Assembly (NCBI GenBank): GCA_033764445.1
Contig: JANRIZ010000058.1
Span: 178 to 64,177 of the forward strand
Length of the DNA: 64,000 nt
DNA from: Verrucomicrobiia bacterium
GTDB taxonomy: Bacteria > Verrucomicrobiota > Verrucomicrobiia > JAWXBN01
Direction of reading: 5' to 3'
Below are positions 28,691 to 38,487 of the stretch, one piece after another. Under the pieces are notes generated by a model, which saw nothing but the letters and a program-made list of their open reading frames with translations, did not search any database and had not been told where the DNA came from. A program made the position numbers and the translations under genes. Position 1 is the stretch's first letter; each line of letters opens with the position of its first letter.

Positions 28691-29257
28691 ATGACCTCCT
28701 CCGAAATCCTCCAGACTTTCAAAGACTCCCACGCCCTGCTTGAGGGCCATTTCATCCTGCGCTCCGGACTGCACAGCCGTCAGTTCTTCCAATGTGCCAT
28801 GGTCCTCCAGCAGATGCCGGTGGTCGAGAAGCTCGGGGCCGCCCTCGCGGCGCATTTTGCGGCGCAGGATGTGGAAACGGTCCTGGCCCCGGCCATGGGC
28901 GGCCTGGTCATCGGCCAGGAGGTGGCCCGCCAAATGCGCAAACGCTTCATCTTTGCCGAAAAGGAGGAGGGAAAACTGGTCCTGCGCCGCGGTTTTGTCA
29001 TCCGTCCGGGCGAAAAAATCCTCATCATCGAGGATGTCGTCACCAAGGGCGGACGTGTCCAGGAAACCCTCGACATTGTCCGTGCCCACGGCGGGGATGT
29101 CCGCGGCATCGGAGTGCTCGTGGATCGCAGCAACGGCCAGGCGGCCTTTGACGCCCCCTTCAAAAGTCTCCTGAGTCTGCCCGTCGAAGCCTTCGATCCG
29201 CAGAATCTCCCCGCAGACCTCCAAAAGATTCCGGCGGTCAAACCCGGTAGTAAATAG
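28691..29257 (+). CDS. pyrE: Orotate phosphoribosyltransferase
   Basis: GHFILRSGLHS..FFQCA, PAMGG, IIEDVVTKG PRPP motif, KPGS terminus. Confidence 0.93.
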   Translation: MTSSEILQTFKDSHALLEGHFILRSGLHSRQFFQCAMVLQQMPVVEKLGAALAAHFAAQDVETVLAPAMGGLVIGQEVARQMRKRFIFAEKEEGKLVLRRGFVIRPGEKILIIEDVVTKGGRVQETLDIVRAHGGDVRGIGVLVDRSNGQAAFDAPFKSLLSLPVEAFDPQNLPADLQKIPAVKPGSK

Positions 29258-29314
29258 AATTCCGGGAGAAGCATTCGCGCTGGGCAAATAGGACACAATA
29301 CGCCTGATTATCGA

Positions 29315-29356
29315 ATGATGTCTTGACGTTCCAAAAACAAGCATCATGATGTCTTC
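29315..29356 (+). promoter_or_regulatory. vapBC promoter/operator
   Basis: TTGACG (29323-29328), N16, CATGAT (29345-29350); palindrome catcatgatg (29342-29351); direct repeat atgatgtctt at 29315 and 29346. Confidence 0.6.
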
Positions 29357-29602
29357 ATGAGAACCACCCTCACATTATCAGACCAACTCATGGCACGGGC
29401 GAAACGTGATGCCCACCGGTTGCGGCGGAGTTTCAAAGATGTGGTCAATCAAGCCATTGCTTTGGGTTTGGACGAGTTGGAAAAGACGGGTCGTGGAAAA
29501 CCCTATCAGACCAAACCGACCCCCATGGGACTGCGAAAGGGTTTGAATTACGACAATATCTCGGAATTACTCGCCCAGAGTGAAGCAGAGGACTACAAAT
29601 GA
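29357..29602 (+). CDS. vapB: VapB-type ribbon-helix-helix antitoxin
   Basis: MRTTLTLSDQLMARAK..RRSFKDVVNQAIALGL; ATGA overlap with the toxin. Confidence 0.85.
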   Translation: MRTTLTLSDQLMARAKRDAHRLRRSFKDVVNQAIALGLDELEKTGRGKPYQTKPTPMGLRKGLNYDNISELLAQSEAEDYK

Positions 29603-30033
29603 TATTGGTTGATGCGAATATCATTCTCTATGCCGAGGATAGTCTCTCGGAAAATCATGAGGCGGCACGGGAATGGTGGGATGCCCAACTTTCCGGTGTC
29701 AATCCTGTGGGGTTATGTTGGCCGGTGCTCAGTGCTTTCATGAGAATTTCAACCAACCCGAGACTGCATCAGCGCCCCCTCACAACCAAGGAGGCCACCC
29801 GGAGGATCGGGAGTTGGTTGGACCAACCCTGTGTCCAGGTCATCGAGGCTGGTCCGGATCATTGGAGGTATTTTCGCGCCTTGCTGGAACAGGTCAATGC
29901 CACTGGCAATCTGGTGTCCGACGCCCATTTGGCAGCACTCTCGCAGGAAGTGGGAGGGGTGGTGTGTTCGACGGATCGGGATTTTGCCATGTTTCCCAAA
30001 ATCAAATGGAAAAATCCACTGTCGTCCCATTAA
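29599..30033 (+). CDS. vapC: VapC PIN-domain toxin
   Basis: MILVDANIILYA, F.RISTNPR, GNLVSDAHLAAL, STDRDF, WKNPL. Confidence 0.9.
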   Translation: MILVDANIILYAEDSLSENHEAAREWWDAQLSGVNPVGLCWPVLSAFMRISTNPRLHQRPLTTKEATRRIGSWLDQPCVQVIEAGPDHWRYFRALLEQVNATGNLVSDAHLAALSQEVGGVVCSTDRDFAMFPKIKWKNPLSSH

Positions 30034-30117
30034 GGATTCCTGTCGGGATTCGATTCCGGCCAGATTCAAAAAATCCTCGCCACGCCGTGTCCTCTATCCC
30101 ACAGACTGGTCCGCATT

Positions 30118-31638
30118 ATGCAAATCCAATTCGGCATCGAGACGGAGTTCGGGATCACCCGGCAGGATCCCCGGGATATTGACGTCGTGGCCGAGTCCAT
30201 TGCCCTGGTCCGCAGCACCTCGGAACCGGGCGTGCGGATGCGCTGGGATTATTCGGCCGAGGATCCGCACCGGGATGCCCGCGGGTTCCGCGTGCAGGAG
30301 CTCCGCCAGGACCTCGACGAGGCCCATTACTTCGCGCAGGATGCCCGGCGTCCGCTGAGCTTCAGCGAAATCAAAAGCGATCTCGCCCTCAGAAACGGGG
30401 CCCGGTTCTACAACGACCATGCCCATCCGGAATACTGCACCCCGGAATGTTCGACCCTTCGGGAAATCCTCCAGCAGGACGCGCTCGGCGAAAAACTGGT
30501 CATGGCCTGCGCCCGCACCCTCAACGAGCGGTCCGGCAATCCGGTGCTTCTCTACAAAAACAACACGGATTTCGAGGGGCACAGCTATGGCACCCATGAA
30601 AACTACCTCCTGCCCCGCTCGCTGCCCTGGCAGCACCTGGCCATGGGCATGCAGGCGTTCCTGGTCACTCGCCAGATTTTCTGCGGCGCGGGCAAATACG
30701 GCTGGGAGGCGGAGGACCGTTTCCTCCAGCCGGGGTTCCAGATCTCCCAGCGGTCGGATTTTTTCAGCGAACTCCAGAGTGTGGATACGATGCAGCGCCG
30801 CCCGATTGTCAATACGCGGGATGAACCCCACGCACAATTTGAGAAATGGCGCCGTTTCCACGTCATCCTCGGGGACGCCAATCTCTCCCCCTTTGCCAAC
30901 TTCCTGAAGATCGGGACCTCGGCCCTGGTCCTTCAGGCCCTGGTCAACGGCGCACCCACGGAGCGGATGCCGCGCCTGGAGGACCCGCTGGGGGCGCTGA
31001 AGGCCTTCTCCCGGGACCGTTCCTGGAAATGGCACTGGAAAAACGCGGCGGGCCGGGCCACCAGCGCCCTGGAGATTCAGCACGAATATCTCGCCCTGGT
31101 CCGTCAGTACGCCCGCCCCACGGACCCCGATTGGTGCCGTCTGTTGGAGGAATGGGAACGGATACTCGCCGATCTGGAAAGGGACCCGCTTGCGACGGCG
31201 GACCGGCTGGACTGGTCGGCCAAATTCACGCTGATTGAAACATTCCGGGAATCCGAAAAAATCGGACCGGAGGATCCCTGGCTGCAAAGTCTGGACCTCA
31301 GCTACCACGAATTGGATCCTGAAAACGGTCTGTATTTCGGCCTGCGCCAATCCGGGCATTTTCTCCTGCCCTACACACCCGCCGAACTGACCCTGACGGA
31401 TTTTTCCGCGCCCCCGACGACACGGGCGGCGGTCCGCGGGGCCTGCATCGAAAAATTCGGACCGGCGGTGACGGCCTCCCAGTGGGACCACGTCCTTCTT
31501 TCCTCGCCGAAGGGAACGGTCCGTATCTCCCTCCTTGATCTTTTCCTGCCCGCGCAGATTGCCGAGGGTCTGGGCGCGATCCGACACGCCTCGACGCCTC
31601 TGGACCTCCTGTCCCTTCCCTGCGCGAGTCTGGGGTGA
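30118..31638 (+). CDS. dop: Dop-type deamidase/depupylase (PafA2 family)
   Basis: FGIETEFGI, NGARFYNDHAHPEYCTPEC (DHAHPEY is Dop-type), SYGTHENYL, RPIVNTRDEPHA, RRFHVILGDAN. Confidence 0.9.
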   Translation: MQIQFGIETEFGITRQDPRDIDVVAESIALVRSTSEPGVRMRWDYSAEDPHRDARGFRVQELRQDLDEAHYFAQDARRPLSFSEIKSDLALRNGARFYNDHAHPEYCTPECSTLREILQQDALGEKLVMACARTLNERSGNPVLLYKNNTDFEGHSYGTHENYLLPRSLPWQHLAMGMQAFLVTRQIFCGAGKYGWEAEDRFLQPGFQISQRSDFFSELQSVDTMQRRPIVNTRDEPHAQFEKWRRFHVILGDANLSPFANFLKIGTSALVLQALVNGAPTERMPRLEDPLGALKAFSRDRSWKWHWKNAAGRATSALEIQHEYLALVRQYARPTDPDWCRLLEEWERILADLERDPLATADRLDWSAKFTLIETFRESEKIGPEDPWLQSLDLSYHELDPENGLYFGLRQSGHFLLPYTPAELTLTDFSAPPTTRAAVRGACIEKFGPAVTASQWDHVLLSSPKGTVRISLLDLFLPAQIAEGLGAIRHASTPLDLLSLPCASLG

Positions 31639-31715
31639 GGTCATTTTCATTTTGCAGGGGTCCCGATCGTTTGTGCCCCCGTGGACTTTGTGGTTCCAAC
31701 GCCCCATTTCACCGT

Positions 31716-31743
31716 TTGCTTATTCGTCCATCGGGGTTAGGAT
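31716..31743 (+). promoter_or_regulatory. Candidate sigma70-like promoter for ubact-prcB-prcA
   Basis: TTGCTT (31716-31721), N16, TAGGAT (31738-31743), 5 nt before ATG 31749. Confidence 0.45.
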
Positions 31744-31748
31744 GGGGG

Positions 31749-31928
31749 ATGCCAGACCCCATCCAAAAACAGCGTCCCGTGGCCCCGGCCCCCGGCGGTG
31801 GCGGGGGGGAGAGCGGAGGCCCCCAGTCGCCGAAGGTTGAAAAGCCGGATGTCAATGAACTGCTCAAGCGCATGAAAAAGGTCGACCCGGACCAGGCCCG
31901 TCGCTACCGTCAGCGCACCGGCCAATGA
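31749..31928 (+). CDS. ubact: Ubiquitin-like (Pup-analogous) modifier UBact
   Basis: 59 aa, MPDPIQKQRP...ELLKRMKKVDPDQARRYRQRTGQ; C-terminal R[ST]G[EQ]; lies between dop and the proteasome beta gene. Confidence 0.9.
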   Translation: MPDPIQKQRPVAPAPGGGGGESGGPQSPKVEKPDVNELLKRMKKVDPDQARRYRQRTGQ

Positions 31929-32710
31929 CCTCCGGAGCCGGATTCCACCTTATGAACGGCGACTTTCTTTCCCTCCTGCCCCGGACGGGCATTCCGTCCC
32001 TGGTCCAGACCGAGGGCCAGTCCGCGCCCCTGCAGGGGACGACGGTGTTTGCGTTTCACTGTGCGGAGGGCATTCTCATCGCCGGGGACCACCGGGCCAC
32101 GGCGGGAAACATGATTTTTTCGGACAAAACCGAAAAGATTCTCGAGCTCGACACCCACTCGGTCATGGCCATCGCGGGCGCCCCGGCCACGGCCTTTGAA
32201 ATGGCCCGCGTTTTGCAGACGAGTTTTGAGTTTTACCGCCGCAGCCAGCTCCAGCCGATGAGTCTCCCGGCCAAGCTCCGCGCCCTCTCCCGCCTGCTCC
32301 GCGAGAATCTTCCGGCCACCTTGCAGGGGTTCGGTCTGGTGGCACCGATTTTTGCGGGGGTGGATCAAAATGCGCCGGAGGCCCGTCCGGGAATCTTTTT
32401 CTACGATCCGCTGGGCGCCCAGTTCGAGGCGGCGCAATTTGCGGGCAGCGGCTCGGGTTCCGCCAGCATCAAAAGCATCCTCAATCATCTGGAAAAATGG
32501 GGCGTGCCGCGTCCGGAAAAAATGTCCCTCCGCGAGGCGGTCGTTCTCGCCAACCGGCTGCTGATCACCGCGGCGGATTTTGACACGGCCACCGGCGGGG
32601 TCCATCCGGAATCGGGTCTTTTTGCCACGGTCAAACTGCTTTCCGTCACCGGCATCCGCGACATCCCCGGCGGGGAACAAACCGCCTTCTGGAAGGAGGC
32701 ACACCGATGA
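31925..32710 (+). CDS. prcB: 20S proteasome beta subunit
   Basis: Propeptide followed by LQG|TTVFA (Thr1), AGDHRAT, EKI, GSGS. Confidence 0.9.
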   Translation: MTSGAGFHLMNGDFLSLLPRTGIPSLVQTEGQSAPLQGTTVFAFHCAEGILIAGDHRATAGNMIFSDKTEKILELDTHSVMAIAGAPATAFEMARVLQTSFEFYRRSQLQPMSLPAKLRALSRLLRENLPATLQGFGLVAPIFAGVDQNAPEARPGIFFYDPLGAQFEAAQFAGSGSGSASIKSILNHLEKWGVPRPEKMSLREAVVLANRLLITAADFDTATGGVHPESGLFATVKLLSVTGIRDIPGGEQTAFWKEAHR

Positions 32711-33423
32711 CGGAGGAACCTTTCCGGTGGCTGGAGGCGATCGCCAACCGTCGTGAATACATCAGGGACCAGCTCTCGGGCGGCACACCTGTTTTTGCCG
32801 TGTCGCGTCCGGAGGGCATTTACCTCCTGGGTGTGGGCTCGGGCCACAGCAAGGTCTTTGAGATTTATGACCGGCACGGTTTCACCGCGCTGGGCAACCC
32901 GGTGGATATTGAAAAAATCCGGCAGACGGCCATCGAAGCGGCCCACTTGGAGGGTTTCAACCGCTCGGCGGCGGATGTCACCCTCAAGCGTCTGATCAGT
33001 TTTTCCCTGGGTCCGGCCCTCAAAAACAGCTTCGAGCAGATTTTCTCCCCCCCCTTCATCCTCGAGGGGATTTTTGCGGAATTGTCGGGCGCCCCCTCTG
33101 AGGATCATCTGGTCCGCATCCGCTACGACGGGAAATACGAGTTTGTCCCCCAGGGCATCGCCGTGGCGTTCACGGACCCCCCCCGCGAAGCCGAAGCGGT
33201 GGGATGGCTCAAAAAAACACTCGCAGACACGGACTCCCCACGGGAGCTGGCCTCCACCCTTTTGACGGCCTGGAAAACCCTCCGCGAGGGGGGGGCGTTT
33301 GACAAGGTCCAGCCGCTCACCGACCTCAGGCCGGTCCTGAACGAACGCATCCTCGAATTCGCCCTCCTCGACCGACGCTCCTCTCAAAAGGTCCGTTACC
33401 GCCCCCTCGCCCTGGCACTCTGA
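32707..33423 (+). CDS. prcA: 20S proteasome alpha subunit
   Basis: KVFEIYDR, G...DIEKIR, EGFNRSAADVT, LEFALLDR; ATGA overlap with prcB. Confidence 0.88.
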   Translation: MTEEPFRWLEAIANRREYIRDQLSGGTPVFAVSRPEGIYLLGVGSGHSKVFEIYDRHGFTALGNPVDIEKIRQTAIEAAHLEGFNRSAADVTLKRLISFSLGPALKNSFEQIFSPPFILEGIFAELSGAPSEDHLVRIRYDGKYEFVPQGIAVAFTDPPREAEAVGWLKKTLADTDSPRELASTLLTAWKTLREGGAFDKVQPLTDLRPVLNERILEFALLDRRSSQKVRYRPLALAL

Positions 33424-33487
33424 GTCCGCACGCCAGTTCCTCCGCGCGGCTTGACCCCACGGGGGGCTTTTGCTACTGACAAACCCC

Positions 33488-36055
33488 ATGTCTGTCAGCG
33501 CCCCAGCGGCCCCACTCCTCCCCGTGAAACCGAATTCAACCCTCGGTCCGCGTGGCCGGGTCATTCCCAGTGCCAAATTCTTTTTCCGGGGCGGACAGAA
33601 GTTCTTCCTCAAGGGGGTCACGTACGGACCGTTCCAGCCCTCCTCCCCGGGGGTCCATCTGCACGGTCCGGAAAAAACCGCCCAGGACCTGGAATTGATC
33701 CGTCAGATGGGGGCCAATGTCCTCCGTCTGTACCACGTCCCGCCCCGCTGGTTCCTGGACCTCTGCGAACAGTTCGATCTCCAGGCCCTGATCACGATCC
33801 CGTGGGAACAACACATCAACTTTCTCGACAGCCGTGTCACCCGCCTGGAAATCCAGGACAAGATCTCCTCGGGGGTCTCGGCCAACCGCGGGCATCCGGC
33901 CATTTTCGGATACATGGTCGGCAACGAAATCCCCACGGGCACCATCCGCTGGTACGGTCTGCCCCGTGTCAAGGCCTTCGTCGAAAACCTGCTGGAACTT
34001 GCCAAGGAGGCCGACCCGAAGGCCCTGGTCACGTATGCCAATTTTCCCAGCACGGAATATCTGATCCCCAACAATGTCGATTTCTACTGCTACAACGTGT
34101 ACCTCGAAAAGCAGGAGGTTTTCGAACGCTACCTCGCCCGCCTGCACAACATCGCCGAGGACAAACCGCTGATCCTCGGGGAATTCGGCATGGACTCGAT
34201 CCGCAACAGCCAGGAAAAACAGGCGGAAACCCTCGACTGGCACATCCGCACGGTCGGCAAAATGGGGCTGGCCGGCACGATTGTGTTTGCCTGGACCGAT
34301 GACTGGTTCACCGGCAACCACCAGATCACCGACTGGGCCTTCGGACTGGTGGATGCGCAGCGTCAGCCCAAAAAGGCCTACCACGCGGTCCAGGAATGTT
34401 TCATCCGGGGGGCGGACGGACGGGCGGGGCAGCGGGTGCCCCTGGCCCATTACCCGCGGGTTTCCATCGTGGTCTGCTCCTACAACGGCGCACGGACCCT
34501 GCAGGCGTGCATGCAGTCGCTCCAGGAAATCGATTACCCGGATTTTGAGATCATCCTTGTCGATGACGGCTCGAAGGACGACACCCAGTCGATCCTGCGG
34601 GATTTTCCGAACGTCAAAAACATCCGCCAGAAAAACATGGGGCTTTCCTACGCCCGCAACGTCGGCTGGCAGGCGGCCTCGGGTGCGATTGTCGCCTACA
34701 CGGATTCCGACTGCATGGCCGACAAGGACTGGCTGTACTATCTGGTGGCCACCCTCCAAAACGGATCCTATGCGGGGGTGGGCGGACCGAACATCTCCCC
34801 GCCGGCGCAGGACTGGATCCAGGCCTGTGTGGCGGCGGCGCCGGGCTCCCCCAGCCACGTGCTGCTGACCGATACGGTCGCCGAACACATTCCCGGATGC
34901 AACATGGCCTTCTGGCGCTGGGCCTTTGATGTGACGCAGGGTTGGGATGTGGAATACCGCAAGGCGGGCGATGACGTGGATTTCTGCTGGCGCCTGCAGC
35001 AGGCGGGCTACGAAATCGCCTTCAGTCCCTCGGCGATTGTCTGGCACCACCGCCGCTTCAGCATCAACGCCTTTTTCAAACAGCAACAGGGTTACGGCGA
35101 GGCCGAGTCCCTGCTGCGGTTCAAACACCTGATCTTTTTCAACCCCAACGGGACTGCCAAGTGGAAGGGCAGTGTGTACGGGCTGCCCCGGTTCGAGCGC
35201 TTCCTGCAACAGCCGATCATCTACCACGGCGTCTTCGGCATGGGTCTGTTCCAATCCATCTACCCCGCCCCGGAATCCGCCTTTGCCGGGATCTCCAGCA
35301 GTCTGGAATGGGTCACCCTGACCGCGTGCGCGGCGGTGGCGAGTCTGGTTTTCCCCGCTTTCTGGATCATTCCCGTGTTCATGTTCCTGGCGACGGTTTT
35401 TACGGGGTTCACCTTCATGGTCCGGGCCCGGCTCGAACCCCGCTACGATACGCTGCTGGCCCGGCTGCTGGTCTGGTGGCTGGCGATTGTGCAGCCGCTC
35501 ATGCGCGGATGGAGCCGGTACTTCACCTGGATCTCCCTCAAACACACCCCCAGCCGCCTGATCGTCACCCATGAGGCGGGCATTCCCCGGTTCCGGTTCG
35601 AACGCGAAAACACCCTCTCCTACTGGAGCAATGAGGGCATCGAACGCGACCGGTTTCTCTCGGAGGTCACGGCCATTCTCGAACACGAAAACTGGCAGTA
35701 TTCGCTGGATACGGGATGGACGGATTGGGACATCCAGGTCTACGGCAACACCTGGTGGGATTGCCGTCTGCGGTCCATGACCGAAAACCACGGGGGCAAC
35801 GACCGTCTCAACCGCATCCAACTGGCCCCGAAAATGACCTCCCTGACCAAGGCGAGCCTGGGCTTGCTGGTGGCCCTGATCATTGTCCTGCATGTCTACC
35901 TGAATGCGGACCCCTACCTCCTGGTTGTCCTTTCCATGATTCTCGGGACGTTCCTGCTCTTCTGGGCGGTGCGGCTGCGCAATCGTCTGGGCGAAATCTG
36001 CGAACTGGCCGCCCGCCGCTGCCGCTTCGTCCGCGTCGAGGCGGAGAAAGGCTGA
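33488..36055 (+). CDS. GH-A (GH2-like) TIM barrel fused to GT2 glycosyltransferase and C-terminal membrane domain
   Basis: KGVTYGPF, VGNEIP and LGEFG; then VSIVVCSYN, VDDGSKD, YTDSD, GCNMAF, AGDDVD, QQQGYG; TM helices in the C-terminal third. Confidence 0.8.
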   Translation: MSVSAPAAPLLPVKPNSTLGPRGRVIPSAKFFFRGGQKFFLKGVTYGPFQPSSPGVHLHGPEKTAQDLELIRQMGANVLRLYHVPPRWFLDLCEQFDLQALITIPWEQHINFLDSRVTRLEIQDKISSGVSANRGHPAIFGYMVGNEIPTGTIRWYGLPRVKAFVENLLELAKEADPKALVTYANFPSTEYLIPNNVDFYCYNVYLEKQEVFERYLARLHNIAEDKPLILGEFGMDSIRNSQEKQAETLDWHIRTVGKMGLAGTIVFAWTDDWFTGNHQITDWAFGLVDAQRQPKKAYHAVQECFIRGADGRAGQRVPLAHYPRVSIVVCSYNGARTLQACMQSLQEIDYPDFEIILVDDGSKDDTQSILRDFPNVKNIRQKNMGLSYARNVGWQAASGAIVAYTDSDCMADKDWLYYLVATLQNGSYAGVGGPNISPPAQDWIQACVAAAPGSPSHVLLTDTVAEHIPGCNMAFWRWAFDVTQGWDVEYRKAGDDVDFCWRLQQAGYEIAFSPSAIVWHHRRFSINAFFKQQQGYGEAESLLRFKHLIFFNPNGTAKWKGSVYGLPRFERFLQQPIIYHGVFGMGLFQSIYPAPESAFAGISSSLEWVTLTACAAVASLVFPAFWIIPVFMFLATVFTGFTFMVRARLEPRYDTLLARLLVWWLAIVQPLMRGWSRYFTWISLKHTPSRLIVTHEAGIPRFRFERENTLSYWSNEGIERDRFLSEVTAILEHENWQYSLDTGWTDWDIQVYGNTWWDCRLRSMTENHGGNDRLNRIQLAPKMTSLTKASLGLLVALIIVLHVYLNADPYLLVVLSMILGTFLLFWAVRLRNRLGEICELAARRCRFVRVEAEKG

Positions 36056-36191
36056 TCCCGGTTTCGGCAGGGGATCGGCATCCATGGAAGTCCCTGGGGG
36101 GATGGGGCCGCGGTATTCCGGACATCCCTTCCTCCTGCGGGATTCGCAATTAGACTTTTTTTCCATTGTCCCTATCGTGTCTTCCACCTGC

Positions 36192-37181
36192 ATGACCCCC
36201 CTGCTCCTCCACCCCAGCCAGTACCCGGAAGCGATCCGCCGGGAACTGCACGATTCATTGCGCTCGGGCACCATCAACCACCGGTTCCATTACGACAGTC
36301 CGCGACAGACGCTCCGGTGGCTGTCCCTCCACGAAAAACATTCCCCCGCCCGGCACGACCGGGGGGTGCAAAAAATTTACCGCACCGCCGCGGCGCATTT
36401 TGCGGCGGGGTTCGGGGGCAGGAACGTCACGGTCATCAGTCTGGGCTGTGGCGGGGGGCACAAGGACCTCGATGTGCTCCGTGCACTCGGATCCCGCGGA
36501 GTGCGGACCACCTATGCCCCGGCAGATATCAGTGCCGCCATGGTCACCACGGCCCGTGAACACATCCGCCGGGGCTGCCACGCACCATGCGCCCCGGGGC
36601 TGGTCGTCTCGCTGACGGCCCTCGATATGAAAACCCTCACCCAATGGATCCCCTCCCGGCATCCGCGCCTGTTTCTGTGTTTTGGCATCCTCCCGAATTT
36701 CCCCCCCCGGGAACTCTTCGGCCTCTTCCGCACATTGTGCCGTCCGGGGGATGCCCTGATGCTCGGGGCCAATCTCGCCCCCGGGACGGATTTTATGGGC
36801 GGCATGCGGCGCATCCTGCCCCAGTACGACAACCGGGAAATGCGCGAATGGCTGTGCCTCTTCCCCCGCGATCACGGGCTCCCGCTCACCCCCGCAGACA
36901 TCCGCTTTTCCATCTCGCCCTGCCCGGCAAAAACCGGCCTCTACCGCATCGACGCCCGGGCCCGGATGACCCGCGGGACGACCCTGACCCTTGACGGGGA
37001 AAAATTCCGGTACCCCCGGGGACGGATTCTGAACCTTTTCTACTCGTACCGCCACCAGCCTTCCACCCTGGTCACCGGGCTGGTCCGGAGCGGATTCACG
37101 CTCCCGAGCACCTTCATCGCCCCCTCCGGCGAGGAAGGGGTGTGTCTGACCGTCCGATCAAATTCCGTTTTGTCAATCTGA
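36192..37181 (+). CDS. SAM-dependent methyltransferase, EgtD/L-histidine N-alpha-methyltransferase-like
   Basis: ISLGCGGGHKD motif I, ADIS, GILPNF, LMLGANL, QYDN, FYSYRH. Confidence 0.7.
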   Translation: MTPLLLHPSQYPEAIRRELHDSLRSGTINHRFHYDSPRQTLRWLSLHEKHSPARHDRGVQKIYRTAAAHFAAGFGGRNVTVISLGCGGGHKDLDVLRALGSRGVRTTYAPADISAAMVTTAREHIRRGCHAPCAPGLVVSLTALDMKTLTQWIPSRHPRLFLCFGILPNFPPRELFGLFRTLCRPGDALMLGANLAPGTDFMGGMRRILPQYDNREMREWLCLFPRDHGLPLTPADIRFSISPCPAKTGLYRIDARARMTRGTTLTLDGEKFRYPRGRILNLFYSYRHQPSTLVTGLVRSGFTLPSTFIAPSGEEGVCLTVRSNSVLSI

Positions 37182-37222
37182 CCGAATCTGATTAGAACAA
37201 TCCACCCAACAGGAGACACCCC

Positions 37223-37708
37223 ATGCCCAGCTTTGACATCGTTTCGGAATGCGACATGCAGGAAATCGACAACGCCCTCAACCAGGCCCGCAAGGAACTG
37301 GCCAGCCGATTTGATTTCAAGGACGCCAAGGGGGACATCAGCCTGCAGGACAAAAAAATCATCAAACTCAGCGCCATCGACGAGTACAAGACGACGGCCC
37401 TGCGGGAAATCGTCCTCACCAAGCTCGCCAAACGGAATGTCAGCCTCAAGAACATCGAGGAAAAGCCGATTCAGAACTCCCTCGGACATGCCTCCTGCGA
37501 ACTGCACATCAAGGAGGGGATCGAACACGGCAAGGCCAAGGAAATCAACGAGGCGATCAAGGGTCTCAAACTCAAGGTGACCGCCAAAAACCAGGACCAG
37601 CAGATCCGTGTCGAGGGCAAAAACCGTGACGATCTTCAGGCGGTCATGGGCCTGCTCAGACAGAAGGACTTTGGCATCGCGCTGCTCTTCAAAAATTTCC
37701 GGGATTGA
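37223..37708 (+). CDS. yajQ: YajQ-family nucleotide/c-di-GMP-binding protein
   Basis: MPSFDIVSE..QEIDNALNQARKE..RFDFK, RVEGKNRDDLQ, NFRD terminus. Confidence 0.95.
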   Translation: MPSFDIVSECDMQEIDNALNQARKELASRFDFKDAKGDISLQDKKIIKLSAIDEYKTTALREIVLTKLAKRNVSLKNIEEKPIQNSLGHASCELHIKEGIEHGKAKEINEAIKGLKLKVTAKNQDQQIRVEGKNRDDLQAVMGLLRQKDFGIALLFKNFRD

Positions 37709-37732
37709 AAGCCGCGGCGATTCTCCACCGGA

Positions 37733-38242
37733 TCAGGCCTCCGACGCCTTTTTCTTCTCCTCCGCGGCCTTGATTTTTTTCACATACCGGGAAATGTCCT
37801 CGTACAGCTTCATCACATTGACCTGTTTCTTTTTCTGCCCCATGCGCTTGGAAATCATTGTCAGCGCATTAAACTGATAGTTGGTCCCCTCCAGGCGGAG
37901 CGTCGGGTCCGTGCCATACTGGTCCCGGACCATCACCCACTTCAGACCCAGTTCATTGGCCAGAATGTCCCCAAAGACCACCCCCAACGCCTGCTGGTTG
38001 AGTTTGTTGCCTTCGACAAACACCTTGTCATTGATCATGGTCTGGATGATGTAAAGATCGGACTTGGTCCCGCTGAATTTTTTGATGCCATACCTGTCCT
38101 CGGCCGTCTTGTACACCCGCAGGCGCTGGGCCTCGAGTTCCTCCTGATCCGCCGGTTTGAGCGGCCAGAATTCGCTCGGACCGGCCAGCAGGGCCGTGTT
38201 TGCCATCAGAACCGTGGAGAGGAGCAGAAGAAGGTGTTTCAT
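37733..38242 (-). CDS. Secreted DUF3806-like protein
   Basis: Signal peptide MKHLLLLLS..; QALGVVFGDIL..LKWVMVRDQYG..MISKR. Confidence 0.65.
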   Translation of the reverse strand: MKHLLLLLSTVLMANTALLAGPSEFWPLKPADQEELEAQRLRVYKTAEDRYGIKKFSGTKSDLYIIQTMINDKVFVEGNKLNQQALGVVFGDILANELGLKWVMVRDQYGTDPTLRLEGTNYQFNALTMISKRMGQKKKQVNVMKLYEDISRYVKKIKAAEEKKKASEA

Positions 38243-38250
38243 GGAAGTGC

Positions 38251-38487
38251 TCAGATTTTGCTGTGGGTTCCGTCGCAAAATGCGCCGTTCTTGGAGTGTT
38301 TGCATCCGCACCAATAGACCTTTTGATCCATGGCAATTTCCACCTTGGTCGGACCGAAATCAGTCCCCTTGTGGGATCCGTCGCAAAAGGGCTGCGCCTT
38401 GGAAAGCCCGCACGCACACCACCAATAGGTGCCGGCTTTCACGTCCTGGGCGATGGGGGACTTCTGGGCAATATGGGGTTCGGACAT
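38251..38487 (-). CDS. Double CDGSH iron-sulfur domain protein
   Basis: WCACGLSKAQPFCDGSH and WCGCKHSKNGAFCDGTH. Confidence 0.92.
   Translation of the reverse strand: MSEPHIAQKSPIAQDVKAGTYWWCACGLSKAQPFCDGSHKGTDFGPTKVEIAMDQKVYWCGCKHSKNGAFCDGTHSKI

Noticed and set aside
31635-31748. N-terminal 38 codons of the 97-aa ORF-track call for the modifier
   Set aside because: UBact/Pup proteins are about 50-70 aa; ATG 31749 gives a typical 59-aa product and the upstream part contains a promoter-like sequence
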